Assembly: GCA_902786285.1 (NCBI GenBank)
Contig: CADABX010000002.1
Location: 20,855-84,854 of the forward strand
Reading direction: 5' to 3'
DNA length: 64,000 nt
Source of the DNA: Oscillospiraceae bacterium
Lineage (GTDB): Bacteria > Bacillota > Clostridia > Oscillospirales > Acutalibacteraceae
Position numbers and translations under genes: made by a program
Shown here: positions 37,216-46,024 of the stretch, one piece after another
Layout of the letters: the number at the start of each line of letters is the position of its first letter
How positions within the stretch are numbered: the first letter of the stretch is position 1
The notes under the pieces: generated by a model
Seen by the model: only the letters and a program-made list of their open reading frames with translations
Told to the model about the DNA's origin: nothing
Database searches by the model: none

Positions 37216-37233
37216 AGAAAAGGAGCGATTCTT

Positions 37234-37785
37234 ATGGAAAAAAGACTCTATTGTTCCCCCGAAAAGAAGCTGTGCGGCGTTTGCGGCGGCATCGCGGATT
37301 ATTTCGGCATCGACCCGTCCATTGTGCGTCTGATCGTTGTCGAGATCGCGCTGCTGACAGCCATCGTGCCTGCGCTGATCGCCTATTTCATCGTTGCGCT
37401 GATCATTCCCCAGCCCACGCCGGAGTATGAGCAGATGTTCCAGAACAACAGCAAGCGCATCTATAAGAGCAACGACAAAAAGATCGCCGGCGTCTGCGCG
37501 GGTATCGCGGAGTATTTCGATATCGACCCGACGCTCGTGCGTCTGCTGTTCTTTTTGCTGGTCTTCCTGGTCGGCAACGGCATTCTGACCTACATCGCCT
37601 GCGCCGTCATCTTCCCGCGCGCCCCGCAGACCGCGACCTATCAGGACTACGGCTACACCGAACCCTATACGCCGCCGCAGGACGCAGCGTATGAACAGGC
37701 CGCGCCGCAGCCGGAACAGTCCGAGCAGCCCGAACAGCCCCAGGAGGCATCGTTCGAGCAGCAGCCGTTTGACAATCAACAGTAA
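37234..37785 (+). CDS. PspC domain-containing membrane protein (two PspC domains)
   Basis: Two copies of the PspC motif (LYCSPEKKLCGVCGGIADYFGIDPSIVRLI and IYKSNDKKIAGVCAGIAEYFDIDPTLVRLLFF), followed by a Pro/Gln-rich tail. Confidence 0.8.
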   Translation: MEKRLYCSPEKKLCGVCGGIADYFGIDPSIVRLIVVEIALLTAIVPALIAYFIVALIIPQPTPEYEQMFQNNSKRIYKSNDKKIAGVCAGIAEYFDIDPTLVRLLFFLLVFLVGNGILTYIACAVIFPRAPQTATYQDYGYTEPYTPPQDAAYEQAAPQPEQSEQPEQPQEASFEQQPFDNQQ

Positions 37786-37793
37786 ATAACAAA

Positions 37794-37817
37794 GGGTTGC
37801 GTTTGCAGCCCTTTTTT
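37794..37817 (+). terminator. rho-independent terminator
   Basis: GGGTTGC-gttt-GCAGCCC (one wobble) followed by TTTTTT. Confidence 0.7.
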
Positions 37818-37827
37818 GGAGTATGCC

Positions 37828-38478
37828 ATGATCTATTACGCCGATCCACGCGCGTTCCCTGACGCGCCGCTGCAAAAAGTGTTTCCGCTGCTGCCAAAAG
37901 AAAAGCAGACCGCTATCGCAAAAATCGTCCATCAGCCGACAAAACGGCAGTCGATCACGGCGTGGGCGCTGCTGCTTTATGCTCTGTGTGCACAAAACCG
38001 GGACTTGCCGCCGCTGTCGTTTGCCAAAACGGGCAAACCGTATTTTGAAGGCAGCGCCCTGCACTTCAACCTCAGCCATACCGACACGCTCGTGTGCGCC
38101 GCCGTTGCCGACTGCCCGGTCGGCGTCGATGCGCAGATGCTGACGGCACCGTCAGACGGCGTGATTCGCCGTGTGCTGTCCGAAAGGGAACAGGATCTGC
38201 TGCACCGGTCGGACGACAAGAAGGCGCTTTTTACGCGTTTCTGGACGCAAAAGGAGGCCTATGCCAAATGGACGGGCGAAGGGTTGTCGTGCATCTTTTC
38301 GTCGCTCGATTTTTCGCCCTTTGCCCCGGCCGATGCGTTTTCGGCGTTCGGCGCCGCGTTTCGTGTGTGGCGGTTTCCGAAAACACTGATGACCGTTTGC
38401 AGTGAAAGCCCGATCGAAGAAGCGCAGCTTGTCACCCCGCAGATGCTGGAAGCAATGCTTTTCCAAAATGATGGTTGA
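37828..38478 (+). CDS. 4'-phosphopantetheinyl transferase (Sfp type)
   Basis: FNLSHTDTLVCAAVADCPVGVDAQ and WTQKEAYAKWTGEGL motifs. ATG 37828 lies 6 nt after GGAG. The track start (TTG 37816) lies inside the terminator. Confidence 0.75.
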   Translation: MIYYADPRAFPDAPLQKVFPLLPKEKQTAIAKIVHQPTKRQSITAWALLLYALCAQNRDLPPLSFAKTGKPYFEGSALHFNLSHTDTLVCAAVADCPVGVDAQMLTAPSDGVIRRVLSEREQDLLHRSDDKKALFTRFWTQKEAYAKWTGEGLSCIFSSLDFSPFAPADAFSAFGAAFRVWRFPKTLMTVCSESPIEEAQLVTPQMLEAMLFQNDG

Positions 38479-38534
38479 CGGATGCCGTATTTTACGGTAG
38501 AATAAAAGGGCAGTAAACAAAGGAGAGAAAAGCT

Positions 38535-39950
38535 ATGAACGCACTCAAGTTTATCAAAGGCAAGCTCGGCTACGGCGTCGGCGCGGTCGGTCTCGATCTG
38601 AGCTACGGCATGTTTTATTCGTTCCTCGCCAAATATCTGACCGACGTGCTGGGTATGAAATCGTCGTTTTTGCTGGTGCTCACGCCGATTGCCCGCATCT
38701 GGGACGGCGTCAACGACCCGATGATGGGCACCATCGTGGACAACACCCACACCAAAATGGGCAAATACCGCCCGTGGATTCTGACCGGCGCCATTCTCAA
38801 CGCGATCGTGCTGGTGTTTCTGTTCACCAATCCGTTCCATCTCTCCGGCGTCGGCATCGCCATCTATGTGGCCGCAACCTACATTCTGTGGGGCATGACG
38901 AACACGCTCGCCGATATTCCCTATTGGTCGATGGTGCCGTCGTTCACGAGCGACCCGAAGGAGCGCAATCTGATTTCGACGGTCGCACGCGCGTTCTCCG
39001 GTCTTGGCCAGGGCATCGTGTCCATCGGCGCACCGCTGCTGATGACGGCGTTCAGTATCACAACCGTGGTGGATAACGAAACCGGCGAAGCCGTCAAGGT
39101 GCACGACGCGCGTTCGTTCATGGTCACGGCGCTGGTTTGTGCGGCGTGTCTGATTTTGTTTGCCGGCATCTGCGTCGGCACCACCAAGGAGCGCATTACG
39201 ACCGCTGCGGGCGAAAAATTCTCGCTCAAGCGCAGCCTTTCCATCATCAAATCCAACGATCAGCTTCTGGTGTTCATGCTCTTTGCCATGATCTCCAACG
39301 CGGGCTGGTATCTGACGTCCGGCGTCGCCACCTATTACTTCGACGTCGTGGTCGGCGACCCGAACAAGCAGTCCACATTTTCCACCAGCTCCGCGGTCGG
39401 CTCTGTGGTCGGTATGCTGCTGCTGCCGATCCTCACAAAATACATGAGCAAGCGCCGCGCCTATCAGGTGTCGCTGGGCGTTGCCGCGCTGGGCTATGCC
39501 GGCATGGCGGTCTGCTCGTTTGCGGGCCAGTTGATGCTGATGAATCTGTTCTACATCATCGGCGCCATCGGCATCTCCTCGATGTTCATCGCGCAGACGA
39601 TCTTCCTTGCCGACATCGTGGACTACGGCGAAGTGAAGATGGGCTTCCGCGCGGAATCCATCACGTTCTCGATGAAGGGCTTTTTGCAAAAGATGGCCTA
39701 TACGCTGCAAACGATCATCCTGTTTGCGACGCTCGGTCTCACCGGCTATGACAGCGAGCTGCATATGAACAACTCCGGCGCTGCCAAGACGGGCATCACG
39801 CTGATGCTCTGCGTGATCCCGCCCGTGCTGTTTATCGTGTCACTGATCATCTTCTCCACGAAGTTCAAGCTCCACGGCCCGTATATGGACGAGATCACGA
39901 AGACGGTGATTGCAAATAAAGAGAAACGCGAAGCGCTGGAAGCGCAGTAA
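38535..39950 (+). CDS. glycoside-pentoside-hexuronide (GPH):cation symporter family MFS transporter
   Basis: GPH signature ARIWDGVNDPMMGTIVDNTHTKMGKYRPW; 12 TM-like segments. Confidence 0.85.
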   Translation: MNALKFIKGKLGYGVGAVGLDLSYGMFYSFLAKYLTDVLGMKSSFLLVLTPIARIWDGVNDPMMGTIVDNTHTKMGKYRPWILTGAILNAIVLVFLFTNPFHLSGVGIAIYVAATYILWGMTNTLADIPYWSMVPSFTSDPKERNLISTVARAFSGLGQGIVSIGAPLLMTAFSITTVVDNETGEAVKVHDARSFMVTALVCAACLILFAGICVGTTKERITTAAGEKFSLKRSLSIIKSNDQLLVFMLFAMISNAGWYLTSGVATYYFDVVVGDPNKQSTFSTSSAVGSVVGMLLLPILTKYMSKRRAYQVSLGVAALGYAGMAVCSFAGQLMLMNLFYIIGAIGISSMFIAQTIFLADIVDYGEVKMGFRAESITFSMKGFLQKMAYTLQTIILFATLGLTGYDSELHMNNSGAAKTGITLMLCVIPPVLFIVSLIIFSTKFKLHGPYMDEITKTVIANKEKREALEAQ

Positions 39951-39991
39951 AACTGCAAGATTGCAAGAAGCAAGAAGGCAAGATAACAAGA

Positions 39992-40024
39992 ACGCCTGCG
40001 GAAAAACCCGCAGGCGTTTTGCGT
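39992..40024. terminator. terminator hairpin between convergent genes
   Basis: ACGCCTGCGG-aaaaac-CCGCAGGCGT followed by TTTTGCGTTTT on the + strand. Confidence 0.7.
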
Positions 40025-40029
40025 TTTGT

Positions 40030-40548
40030 TTATTTGCAATACCCTTCTTTTATCAGCAGCTCCAGCACCCGCGCTTCGCGCTCAAACATCATGCGGTTGT
40101 AAGGGCTTTCTTTGACGTTGCGGTTCTTTTCGATTGCAAGCAGCGGATCGACCCATGCCAGCGTATAGTGCTCGTTTGCTTCATAGCCGTCCAGTCTTTG
40201 CGCAACCGCAGTCGCTTCCGCTTCGCAAAGATAGTAGTAATTATCCTGGATGAAGATCTCCGTCGGGTCGCGGTCGCTGCGCTGGGCGCGGTGCACATAG
40301 CCATAGGGGCGGATTGATTCCGGCACAACAACCAACCCGGCTTCCTCCCGCGTTTCGCGGATCATAGCCGCCACCGGGTCTTCGCCGTCTTCGATCCCGC
40401 CGCCGGGGAACTTGTAGTAGTCATACAGCAGCGAGTGGATCATGGCGATTTTTCCATTTTGCACAATCACGCTGCAGGCAGAGTTGCGCACAAAGCTGTG
40501 GTCGCAGTCGTCATAATCCTTCAGATCCATCGAAAACAGCAATCGCAT
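40030..40548 (-). CDS. NUDIX hydrolase
   Basis: Nudix box GGGIEDGEDPVAAMIRETREEAGL. ATG 40548 lies 6 nt after GGAGG; the track start is GTG 40575. Confidence 0.85.
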   Translation of the reverse strand: MRLLFSMDLKDYDDCDHSFVRNSACSVIVQNGKIAMIHSLLYDYYKFPGGGIEDGEDPVAAMIRETREEAGLVVVPESIRPYGYVHRAQRSDRDPTEIFIQDNYYYLCEAEATAVAQRLDGYEANEHYTLAWVDPLLAIEKNRNVKESPYNRMMFEREARVLELLIKEGYCK

Positions 40549-40618
40549 AACAAACCTCCTTTGCACAAGAGGCACCGCGTTGCGCAGTGCCTCTTCTTAT
40601 TTTTTGTTTTTTGCAATC

Positions 40619-41818
40619 TTATTTCAGATGGAACCGCTGCAGGTAGCTCTGGATCTTCTTCATCGGGTTCAGATACGGGCTGACGGTTTCGTCGTGGTTC
40701 AGAGCGTTGATGATGAGGGCCACATATTTGGACAGATCCACCGAATAGTACCATTCACGCTGGAACAGCTTGTCGGGGGTATAGATCAGGTTGGTGGTGA
40801 AGATCTTGTCAAAATAGCCTTCTGCATACGCTTCGTCAAAGCGTTCCACACCGGAGGAGAACAGACCAAACGTGGCAAACACAAAGATGCGGCGCGCCTT
40901 GAGCGCTTTGAGCTGGCGGCACACGTCGATCATGGAGTCGCCGCTGGCGATCATATCGTCCGCCACGATCACGTCCTTGCCTTCCACATCGCTGCCGAGG
41001 AACTCGTGGGCAATGATCGGGCTGCGGCCGTTGACCACTTTGCTGTAGTCGCGGCGCTTATAGAACATGCCGAGGTTGATGCCGAGCACGTGGGAATAAT
41101 AGACGCACCGGCCCATGCCGCCTTCGTCGGGCGAGATCATCATGGTATTTTCCGGCTGGAACTTGATATCGTTGTTGACCGCCTTTGCCAGCGCCTTGAT
41201 CATCTGATACGTGGGGGAGACGCTTTCAAAGCCGATGCCGATCGCGTTTTGCACGCGCGGATCGTGGGCGTCAAAGGTGATGATGTTTTCCACGCCCATC
41301 GCTTCCAGCTCCTTGAGCGCCACGGCGCAGTCGAGCGATTCGCGCATGGAGCGCTTGTGCTGCCGGCCTTCATACAGCATCGGCATAATGACGTTGATGC
41401 GCTTGGCTTTGCCGGCGCAGGCGGAAATGATGCGCTTGAGATCGGCGAAATGGTTGTCGGGACTCATAGGTACCTGCAAGGGTGCGCCGGCGCTGTCTTT
41501 GAGATCGTACATCGTGTAGGTCTCGCAGTAGTTGAAGCAGTCGGCGATGATGAACAGATCGTAACCGCGGATGGAATCGTTGATCACGCATTTGCCTTCA
41601 CCGGTGGAAAACCGCGGGAATTCTACGTTGATCAGATAGGAATCCTTGTGATAGCCGTCGAAGACGATGGCGTTTTCGTGCTCGATTTCAAAGTTCTTGC
41701 GGCAGGCCACGATCGCGTCGTTGATTTTTTGCGCCAGCGTTTCGCTGCCGCGCAGCGCAATCAGGCCGAGTTTTCCCTGCGGGATGTTTGTGAATTCCGA
41801 TACTTTGATACTTGCCAT
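40619..41818 (-). CDS. prs: ribose-phosphate diphosphokinase (PRPP synthetase family, long form)
   Basis: Prs-like motifs FSTGEGK, NVIMPMLYEGRQHKR, ITFDAHDPRVQNA and VIVADDMIASGDS. ATG 41818 gives the start MASIKVSEF. Confidence 0.8.
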   Translation of the reverse strand: MASIKVSEFTNIPQGKLGLIALRGSETLAQKINDAIVACRKNFEIEHENAIVFDGYHKDSYLINVEFPRFSTGEGKCVINDSIRGYDLFIIADCFNYCETYTMYDLKDSAGAPLQVPMSPDNHFADLKRIISACAGKAKRINVIMPMLYEGRQHKRSMRESLDCAVALKELEAMGVENIITFDAHDPRVQNAIGIGFESVSPTYQMIKALAKAVNNDIKFQPENTMMISPDEGGMGRCVYYSHVLGINLGMFYKRRDYSKVVNGRSPIIAHEFLGSDVEGKDVIVADDMIASGDSMIDVCRQLKALKARRIFVFATFGLFSSGVERFDEAYAEGYFDKIFTTNLIYTPDKLFQREWYYSVDLSKYVALIINALNHDETVSPYLNPMKKIQSYLQRFHLK

Positions 41819-41876
41819 AAGAGAAAGCCCCCATTTCTTTTCCTTCTCAATTCTGCAAAAATCTGTTTGCTTTCTT

Positions 41877-41906
41877 ATTATACATGATAACCGCAATCCA
41901 TTGCAA
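41877..41906 (-). promoter_or_regulatory. candidate sigmaA promoter for prs
   Basis: On the minus strand: TTGCAA (41901-41906), an 18-nt spacer, then TG-TATAAT (41877-41882). Confidence 0.5.
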
Positions 41907-42056
41907 TCGGTTTTACCATTTTTGACAATAAAACTTCTGTACGAATTTTCGACATATTTTCGTGAAATTTGACGAAGTTACCGGACGCAAACTCTGATTG
42001 TAAAAAATGTTTCTTTTGTAAACGAAAACAGGCGCCTTTGCAGGCGCCCGACGGTG

Positions 42057-42977
42057 TTATTTGTGATCGACCAGATGCACGTCCACCTGGGTAAACGGAA
42101 TGTCGATGCCGCCCTTGTCAAAGTTGAGCTTGACGTTTTCCTGCATGGCGAAGAATACCGTCCAGTAGTCGGCAGTTTCGCACCACACGCGGCAAAACAG
42201 GTCGATGCTGCTTGCGGAATGCGCGCCGACTGTCACCTCCGGCAGCGGATGGCGCAAAATCTGTTCGTTTTGCAGCGCGGTCTGCATCACGATGTCCTTC
42301 GCTTTGGCAATATCGGCGGCGTAGCTGATGGAAAACGTCAGATCCACGCGGCGTGTTTTTTCGGCGGAAAAATTGATGATGCGGTTTTTCGTGATATCGG
42401 AATTCGGGATAATGATCCGCTTGTTGTCATAGGACGTGATGATGGTCGTCATAAACCCGATCTCCGACACAAAGCCGCCTTCGCCGCCGATCTCCACATA
42501 GTCGCCGGCCTTGAACGGATGGTTGATCAGAATCTGCACACCCGACGCAAACTGCGACACGCTGTCCTGCAAGCCGAGACCGATGGCAACACCGGCGGCG
42601 GACAGGGCGGCGATGAGCGAATTGATTTTGATAAACATCGACAGCGCAATCAGGATAAACGTGATACGGATCACGAAGCGCGTGATTTTGGCAATGAAGT
42701 TGTAGACCGCGAAATCGACCTTGCGCCGCTTCATTGCCTTGCATAGGATCTTTGATACAAGACTCGCCAGCAAAAAGCCAAACACCAAAACGGCAACCGC
42801 CAGAACGATCTTCGGCAGATTGTCGAGCAGCTTGTCCCAAAGCGCCCATTCCTTCCACAGCGACGCAAAATTCCGCACCGCTTCCTCGGGTTTTACAAAT
42901 TGCCCGTCTTCGTTCAGCAGCGGATTTGTCGTGCTCGACGCCTCCAGTCCGATCTCCAGTAAACGCAGCATGCGCAT
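42057..42977 (-). CDS. mechanosensitive ion channel (MscS family)
   Basis: TM3-beta domain pattern IGLGLQDSVSQFASGVQILINHPFKAGDYVEIGGEGGFVSEIGFMTTIITSYDNKRIIIPNS. ATG 42977 follows GGAGGTG. Confidence 0.85.
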   Translation of the reverse strand: MRMLRLLEIGLEASSTTNPLLNEDGQFVKPEEAVRNFASLWKEWALWDKLLDNLPKIVLAVAVLVFGFLLASLVSKILCKAMKRRKVDFAVYNFIAKITRFVIRITFILIALSMFIKINSLIAALSAAGVAIGLGLQDSVSQFASGVQILINHPFKAGDYVEIGGEGGFVSEIGFMTTIITSYDNKRIIIPNSDITKNRIINFSAEKTRRVDLTFSISYAADIAKAKDIVMQTALQNEQILRHPLPEVTVGAHSASSIDLFCRVWCETADYWTVFFAMQENVKLNFDKGGIDIPFTQVDVHLVDHK

Positions 42978-43050
42978 ACGACACCTCCCGTGAGAATTCG
43001 CTTTATTATACCATGAAGCCAACGATATTTCAATGAACGAACGATAAAAG

Positions 43051-44832
43051 TTACGCGCTTTGCAGCGCACGCAGATTGCGCTGCATCAGCGACACATAGG
43101 TTTCGCCATTTTCAAAATCCGCGGCGGAGATCACATGGCACGACCAGAGCGTGTCCACTTTTGCGCCGGTCGCATCGGCGATGGTCTGCGCCACATTGCC
43201 CGGACTGAGATCGACCTTGAACACGGTTTTGATCTTTTCGCTTTGCGCCTTGCGAATCAGATAGCCGATCGTCGCCGGGTTCGCTTCGGTTTCGGCCGCA
43301 CAGCCGGGAAACGCAGCGGCAAACGAAAAGCCGTATTCCTTTTGCAAATATAAAAACGGGAACCGGTCGCCGACCAAAAACGTTTTGCCCTGCGCCTGTT
43401 TAGCGGTTTGGCGAAACGCGCTGTCAATCGCCGAAAGCTGCGATTGATAGTCAGAATTGTTGTTGCCGTAAACATCCGCGTTTGCCGCGTCCGCGTCGCT
43501 CAGCGCCCGGCAGACCGCGTCGCAAATCAGCATCGCGTTGCGCACGCTGGTCCACACATGCTCGTCGTATTCGGCTTCCTCTTCGCCCTCTTCGTCATCG
43601 TCCGGCTGCATCCCGTCGAGCAGTTGCTCCTGCTGCAGATCCACGCAGTCCATCATGCGCACGATGTGCGTTTTGCTTTCGTCCAACGATTCCAGTATGC
43701 TGTCCACCCACGTGTCGCTTTCGCCGCCGCCATAGACAAAGACGTCGCTTTGCTGGATGAGGGCAATGTCCTGCGGCGTGGGCTCAAAGGTGTGGCTCTC
43801 TTCGCCGGGCTTGAGCAGCATCGTGACGTCGGCGCAATCTCCGGCGATCTGCCGCGCAAAGTCATACGGCGCAAAGCCCGTGGCAACCACCTGCGGCTTG
43901 TGCGCCTGCAGCGGATTGTTGCCGCCGAAAAACGGCACTGTGACGCCGCACAGCAGCACAAGCGCCAAACCGGCGGCCAGCACCTTTTTATAGCGGAACA
44001 GCCGGTTCTTTTCCCGCAGGTTCAACACCGCGCCGAACAGGCTGAAAAACGCCAGACACGCGATATTGACACAGACCACGGACGCGCCGGTCGGCGCTTC
44101 AAACCGCACCGACACGAGCAGTCCGATAAAAAAGCAGACGAGCGACACACCCACGCTCATGCCGATCACGCGGCGAAAGCTTTTGCAAACGCGCATAGCC
44201 GTGACCGTCGGAAAGATGATGAGGCTCGAAATCAGCAGCGCGCCCATCATCCGCATGCCGACCACGATGGTGACCGCCGTCAGTGCCGCCAGCAGCATGT
44301 TGTAGGCGCCGACCTTCGTGCCGGTCGCCTTGGCGAAACTTTCATCAAACGTGACGGCAAAAATCTCGTCGTAGAACACGCAGAACAGCGCGATCACCGC
44401 CACCGACAGCACCACGGACAGCACCACGTCCGAACGGCTCATGGCAAGGATGGAGCCGAACATATAGTTGTAGATATCGACGTTCATGCCCGTGGTCATC
44501 GACGTGACCATCACGCCGACCGCCAGCGCGCCGGTGGAGATGAGGGCGATCGCCGCGTCGCCCTTGAGTTTGCCTTTTTCGTTCATCGCAAGCAGTGCAA
44601 ACGCCGCGAGGATGACGATTGGAATTGAGAAATACAGCGGCGCAATGTTGGCCGCGCAGGCGATGGCGAGCGCACCGAATCCGACGTGCGAAAGACCGTC
44701 GCCGATCATGGAAAAGCGTTTGAGCACCAGGCTCACGCCCAGCAGCGCGCAGCACAGCGAGATCAGACCGCCCACCACCAGCGCACGCACCATAAACGCG
44801 TGGGAAAACAGGAACGAGAGCGTGTCAAGCAT
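43051..44832 (-). CDS. fused zinc/metal ABC transporter permease (ZnuB-like, N-terminal) and cluster A-I substrate-binding protein (ZnuA-like, C-terminal)
   Basis: The first ~270 aa are ABC-3 permease-like (LVLKRFSMIGDGLSHVGFGALAIA...). An extra TM segment follows (KKVLAAGLALVLLCGVTVPFF). Then comes a ZnuA-like domain (VVATGFAPYDFARQI, GEESHTFEPTPQD, acidic loop DDDEEGEEEAEYDEHVW, DRFPFLYL). ATG 44832 follows GGGAGGTG. Confidence 0.8.
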   Translation of the reverse strand: MLDTLSFLFSHAFMVRALVVGGLISLCCALLGVSLVLKRFSMIGDGLSHVGFGALAIACAANIAPLYFSIPIVILAAFALLAMNEKGKLKGDAAIALISTGALAVGVMVTSMTTGMNVDIYNYMFGSILAMSRSDVVLSVVLSVAVIALFCVFYDEIFAVTFDESFAKATGTKVGAYNMLLAALTAVTIVVGMRMMGALLISSLIIFPTVTAMRVCKSFRRVIGMSVGVSLVCFFIGLLVSVRFEAPTGASVVCVNIACLAFFSLFGAVLNLREKNRLFRYKKVLAAGLALVLLCGVTVPFFGGNNPLQAHKPQVVATGFAPYDFARQIAGDCADVTMLLKPGEESHTFEPTPQDIALIQQSDVFVYGGGESDTWVDSILESLDESKTHIVRMMDCVDLQQEQLLDGMQPDDDEEGEEEAEYDEHVWTSVRNAMLICDAVCRALSDADAANADVYGNNNSDYQSQLSAIDSAFRQTAKQAQGKTFLVGDRFPFLYLQKEYGFSFAAAFPGCAAETEANPATIGYLIRKAQSEKIKTVFKVDLSPGNVAQTIADATGAKVDTLWSCHVISAADFENGETYVSLMQRNLRALQSA

Positions 44833-45535
44833 GGTTGTCACCTCCCGTAAACGCGCGGTAGACGTCGCTTTGCAGGTATTCCTGCTTTGTGCCGAAAAAC
44901 GCGCCGCTTTGCTTCATGTGTAAAATATGCGTGGCGAGCGAAAGCGCGTCCTGCAGATCGTGCGACACCATGATGACCGTGATGCCGTAGTCGCGGTTGA
45001 TGCGGCGGATCAGTTTGTAAAAATCGGCCGTCGCCAGCGGATCGAGCCCGGAGACCGGCTCGTCCAATACCAGAAGCGTCGTTGTGGCGCACAGCGCCCG
45101 CGCCAAAAGGACCCGCTGCTGCTGGCCGCCCGAAAGCTCGCGGTAGCAGCGATTCCGGTAGGGGAGCATGTCCAGCTTTTGCAAGCTGTCGGTTGCCCGC
45201 TGCCGCAGCGCTTTGTTGTAAAAGATGCTGTGCTTTTTCGACGACAGACAGCCCGAGAGCACGACCTCAAACACACTCGCCGGAAAATCGCGCTGCGCCG
45301 TGGTCTGCTGCGGCAGATAGCCGACCTGCTTGGCGGTCAGCCCGTCGCCGTAGTGCAAATGGCCGCTCTCCGTGTCCTTGAGTCCGAGGATGGCTTTCAT
45401 CAGCGTACTTTTGCCGCTGCCGTTTTCGCCCACGATGCACAGCAGATCGCCCTTGTTGACCTGAAAATTGATATCCTGTGCCACGATCCGGTTTTCATAC
45501 CCGAGCGACACCTGCTTGCAGTCAATCAGTGCCAT
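44825..45535 (-). CDS. znuC: zinc/metal ABC transporter ATP-binding protein
   Basis: Walker A GENGSGKST, signature LSGGQQQRV, Walker B LLVLDEP. ATG 45535 gives MALIDCKQVSLGY. It overlaps both neighbouring genes. Confidence 0.85.
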   Translation of the reverse strand: MALIDCKQVSLGYENRIVAQDINFQVNKGDLLCIVGENGSGKSTLMKAILGLKDTESGHLHYGDGLTAKQVGYLPQQTTAQRDFPASVFEVVLSGCLSSKKHSIFYNKALRQRATDSLQKLDMLPYRNRCYRELSGGQQQRVLLARALCATTTLLVLDEPVSGLDPLATADFYKLIRRINRDYGITVIMVSHDLQDALSLATHILHMKQSGAFFGTKQEYLQSDVYRAFTGGDNHA

Positions 45536-45953
45536 GGCGCGCCTCCTGTTCCATACAGTCGCTGCAAAGGCCGAACAGCAGCGATTTTGTGTTGTCCACC
45601 CGAAACCCGTGGTGCTCAAGGATATGTTCGTTCACACCGGCCATCACATCGCATTCCAGATGAATGAATTTGCCGCAGCGCACGCATTTGAGATGCAGGT
45701 GATCTTCGCAGTTGTGGTGGTGCTCCATCAGTTGAAACGTGGCGCTCTGGCCGCGCTCGGCGGTAAATTTGCGCACCTCGCCGCTTTGTACCAGCTTGTC
45801 CACCCGGCGGTAGACGGTTGTTTTGCCCACCGGTTCGCCCTGCAGATACAATAGCTGGGTCACTTCGTCGATCGTCAGTGCGCGGTCGGCGTTTTCGCGC
45901 AGACACCGCAGCACGCAGTCCTTTTGTTTTGTGTTGTATTCCTGATTCGGCAA
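45522..45953 (-). CDS. zur: Fur-family transcriptional regulator (Zur-like)
   Basis: Winged-helix region TIDEVTQLLYLQGEPVGKTTVYRRVDKL, plus HHHNCEDHLHLKCVRCG and LCSDC metal sites. I prefer TTG 45953, which lies 7 nt after GGAGG. The ATG at 45995 lies inside the operator, at the predicted transcription start. Confidence 0.75.
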   Translation of the reverse strand: MPNQEYNTKQKDCVLRCLRENADRALTIDEVTQLLYLQGEPVGKTTVYRRVDKLVQSGEVRKFTAERGQSATFQLMEHHHNCEDHLHLKCVRCGKFIHLECDVMAGVNEHILEHHGFRVDNTKSLLFGLCSDCMEQEARHGTD

Positions 45954-45970
45954 AACGGCTGCCTCCTTCG

Positions 45971-45997
45971 ATATGAAACTGAAATTCATTTTCATAT
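45971..45997 (-). promoter_or_regulatory. Fur-family (Zur) operator, imperfect 27-bp palindrome containing a 7-1-7 box
   Basis: The minus strand reads ATATGAAAATGAATTTCAGTTTCATAT. The core TGAAAAT-G-AATTTCA is a one-mismatch 7-1-7 inverted repeat lying directly downstream of, and overlapping, the -10 box. Confidence 0.6.
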
Positions 45998-46024
45998 TAT
46001 AGCCGCTTTGTCGTCGTTTGTCAA
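45996..46024 (-). promoter_or_regulatory. consensus sigmaA promoter of the zur-znuC-znuBA operon
   Basis: On the minus strand: TTGACA (46019-46024), a 17-nt spacer, then TATAAT (45996-46001). Confidence 0.75.

Noticed and set aside
43051-46024. A functional link between the zinc-uptake operon and the putatively metal-binding giant protein.
   Set aside because: They are 20 kb apart, on opposite strands, and separated by many unrelated operons. I saw no Zur-like box upstream of either repeat-protein gene. The idea is kept only as something a genome-wide box search could test.
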